This document shows positions 63,401 through 64,000 of a stretch of 64,000 nucleotides of DNA, one piece after another. A program made the position numbers and the translations under genes. The stretch is from positions 11,554 to 75,553 of the forward strand of contig DATEHN010000108.1 in the NCBI GenBank assembly GCA_035279585.1, read 5' to 3'. The stretch is from Candidatus Angelobacter sp. (GTDB lineage Bacteria > Acidobacteriota > Terriglobia > Terriglobales > Acidobacteriaceae). Position 1 is the stretch's first letter. Each line of letters begins with the position of its first letter. Under the pieces are notes generated by a model, which saw only the letters and a list, made by a program, of their open reading frames with translations, searched no databases and was not told the DNA's origin.

Positions 63401-64000
63401 AGCATGCCCACGATGAAGTCCGGCGACCTCTCAGCCAGAAGTGCAATAACGGAATCCGCGGTGACGCCGGCTTCCTGCAGACGCTCGCCCAAGATGATCG
63501 CTCGCCGGTTCAGTTCATCATAGGTTAGCTGTTCCGTTTCACCTACGACGGCCAATTTGCCGGGATTGCGGCGCGCCTCGTCTTCAATGATCTCGTGAAT
63601 TGCGCGCCATTCGCTTTTCTGCTCCAAGGGAGCTTCAGCGATTCGTTCTGCAGCAGGAGTCGCGGCGCCCATGACAAATTCACACGCGCGGGTTCCTGGA
63701 TTGGCCGCGATTTCTTCAAGAATAGCCACCAGAGAATCTCCGAGCAGCCTGATGTCCGTCACGGAGAATACCCCGGCGTCCCACGCGAATTCGAGGCGTA
63801 TGGTTTCTTTTCCTGTCACCGATGTCAACCCGAGTTCAAATGGTTCAACTTGTTCAACGACAGAAGTCACTGTCCAGGCATTGCGGTCGTCTACGCCAAT
63901 GAATGGCTGCTCGCGGTTCGCAAATTGTATTGGAAAAAGACAACGGCGTTGAGAAGGGGGCGGGACGCCAAAGGGCTCCCAGGCAAACAGGAACTGGTCG
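60493..64000 (-). CDS. Non-ribosomal peptide synthetase, 3' part (…C-A-T-C), 5' end outside the window
   Basis: I translated the frame upstream of the ORF-track start (GTG 63870) and it stays open to position 64000. The end of a C domain is visible. The A domain carries LTYDELN, MKAGGAWLPIE, YVIFTSGSTGHPKG, NHYGPTETT, YRTGD, GRRDVQVKINGYRVEPGEIE and NGKIDR. The T domain has LGGDSL. A full terminal C domain has HHAIMDGWG. No TE domain is present. Confidence 0.9.
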   Translation of the reverse strand, partial: DQFLFAWEPFGVPPPSQRRCLFPIQFANREQPFIGVDDRNAWTVTSVVEQVEPFELGLTSVTGKETIRLEFAWDAGVFSVTDIRLLGDSLVAILEEIAANPGTRACEFVMGAATPAAERIAEAPLEQKSEWRAIHEIIEDEARRNPGKLAVVGETEQLTYDELNRRAIILGERLQEAGVTADSVIALLAERSPDFIVGMLAVMKAGGAWLPIEPDMPIERIEYMTRAAGAVAVLTQQGLSSSFNHGALPVLYLEDHRPGAISSKRPRHARTHSRQLAYVIFTSGSTGHPKGVAIEHGQIAAYIRAEHANIDLRSTSNFAVVSTLAADLAYTAVFGALTSGGCLHVIPAWKAKDVDALAEYFQQHPIDFIKIVPAHLEALCNSFPQSAKLRWRYVLAGGEQLKWKVVEQVHRLAPECTVFNHYGPTETTIGVVCGAARPETERFAGDAVPIGQPFIGARAYLLDEELQPVPVWTSGALYVGGEFVGRGYTANAALTANAFIPDPFSAKPGARMYRTGDIARYRSDGTMQFLGRRDVQVKINGYRVEPGEIEAVLCGHPNVSNAAVITTQDQMQSNYLTAWVVTGHSRTSAEELRQFLEKSLPYYMIPRNLFCVDKLKLTPNGKIDRQALPTTVPATEPAELREPLDEIEEKLLAVWQEVLGIERISVDDNYFSLGGDSLRVVQLVQETRRYGLGIAATDILRNQTIRRLRKAIQAKRRQSLFPEGISLPAFPAPETIPGLPEDVIDAYPVAGMQKFMLEKYAENQGSQGVYHIQECMHLSDPQFSPEALEAALRVVVDRHAALRTVFHLDGAEPMQWVRRNLNYKIATEDIAQLKAEEQEEHISAALLADRARLFDIGNRSVPLFRVTAFLRSAVEFDLLFSFHHAIMDGWGHRVFTNQLLEAYTKIKLGQKPDFGAPDTTYREFVAVQELVRRSAKAAQFWQNYLSGIDAPERLQPDASDSGPDDPGILHPIEPDLTQALVQLARKRAVSMQALMLTAWLESLRAWLGQEQVCTGVLMNGRSEYLSDPLSAVGLFWNIVPIVSRQRRPLLEQAEVVQKDILDIEPYAAYPLPQLLADRAGREAFTSVFRYLNFWNMKDLPATANLKLKNMRAFDRFSFPIVCSALVGALRQGGFLHVGYDPALVSKDRAQDALVQYAGTLKKLASFTA

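Overview
This 64-kb chromosomal segment is most likely from an Acidobacteriota (Terriglobia-like) genome. The inference rests on two ADOP-type 'acidobacterial duplicated orphan permease' genes and an acidobacterial VWFA-type protein. All calls come from reading the sequence and ORF translations; no database search was run.

Positions 1-30 kb are densely packed core, envelope and redox genes:
- rhomboid protease, SuhB, an Hfq-like protein and a fused MoaD-MoaE
- aminopeptidase P and an M16 peptidase pair
- CoA-transferase, SDR, ICMT and a GlxA/AraC regulator
- two AhpD-like proteins, sterol desaturase, Qor, DUF1330 and a VOC protein
- HtrA with a BlaR1/BlaI pair, a membrane PP2C phosphatase, DinB, a TonB-C protein and PurM
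- a frameshifted YVTN propeller and a 910-aa secreted hexaheme cytochrome c

Positions 30-64 kb are an accessory natural-product region with two convergent parts.

(i) Plus strand. A sigma54-type promoter precedes an ADOP permease, an NtrC-type enhancer-binding response regulator and a histidine kinase. A second, near-consensus sigma54 promoter precedes a 46-aa class III lanthipeptide precursor (too short for the ORF track) and a 912-aa LanKC synthetase. Both promoters lie downstream of tandem copies of the same palindrome, TGTCCA-N4-TGGACA.

(ii) Minus strand. A co-directional gene string of more than 23 kb with all gaps <=145 nt, in this order:
- NRPS (partial, ...C-A(Asp-like code)-T-C)
- cyclic-peptide ABC exporter
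- GHMP-fold kinase and an SbnA-like PLP enzyme
- a second ADOP permease
- class IV aminotransferase, type II thioesterase and a methyltransferase
- flavin reductase, threonine aldolase and a CPA2 antiporter
- ATP-grasp ligase, CmlA-like MBL-fold protein and an argininosuccinate-lyase-like protein
- flavin-dependent halogenase and a DUF1700-like membrane protein

A perfect (ACA)14 microsatellite separates this string from a SnoaL-like gene. No rRNA, tRNA, CRISPR array, transposase or integrase was seen.
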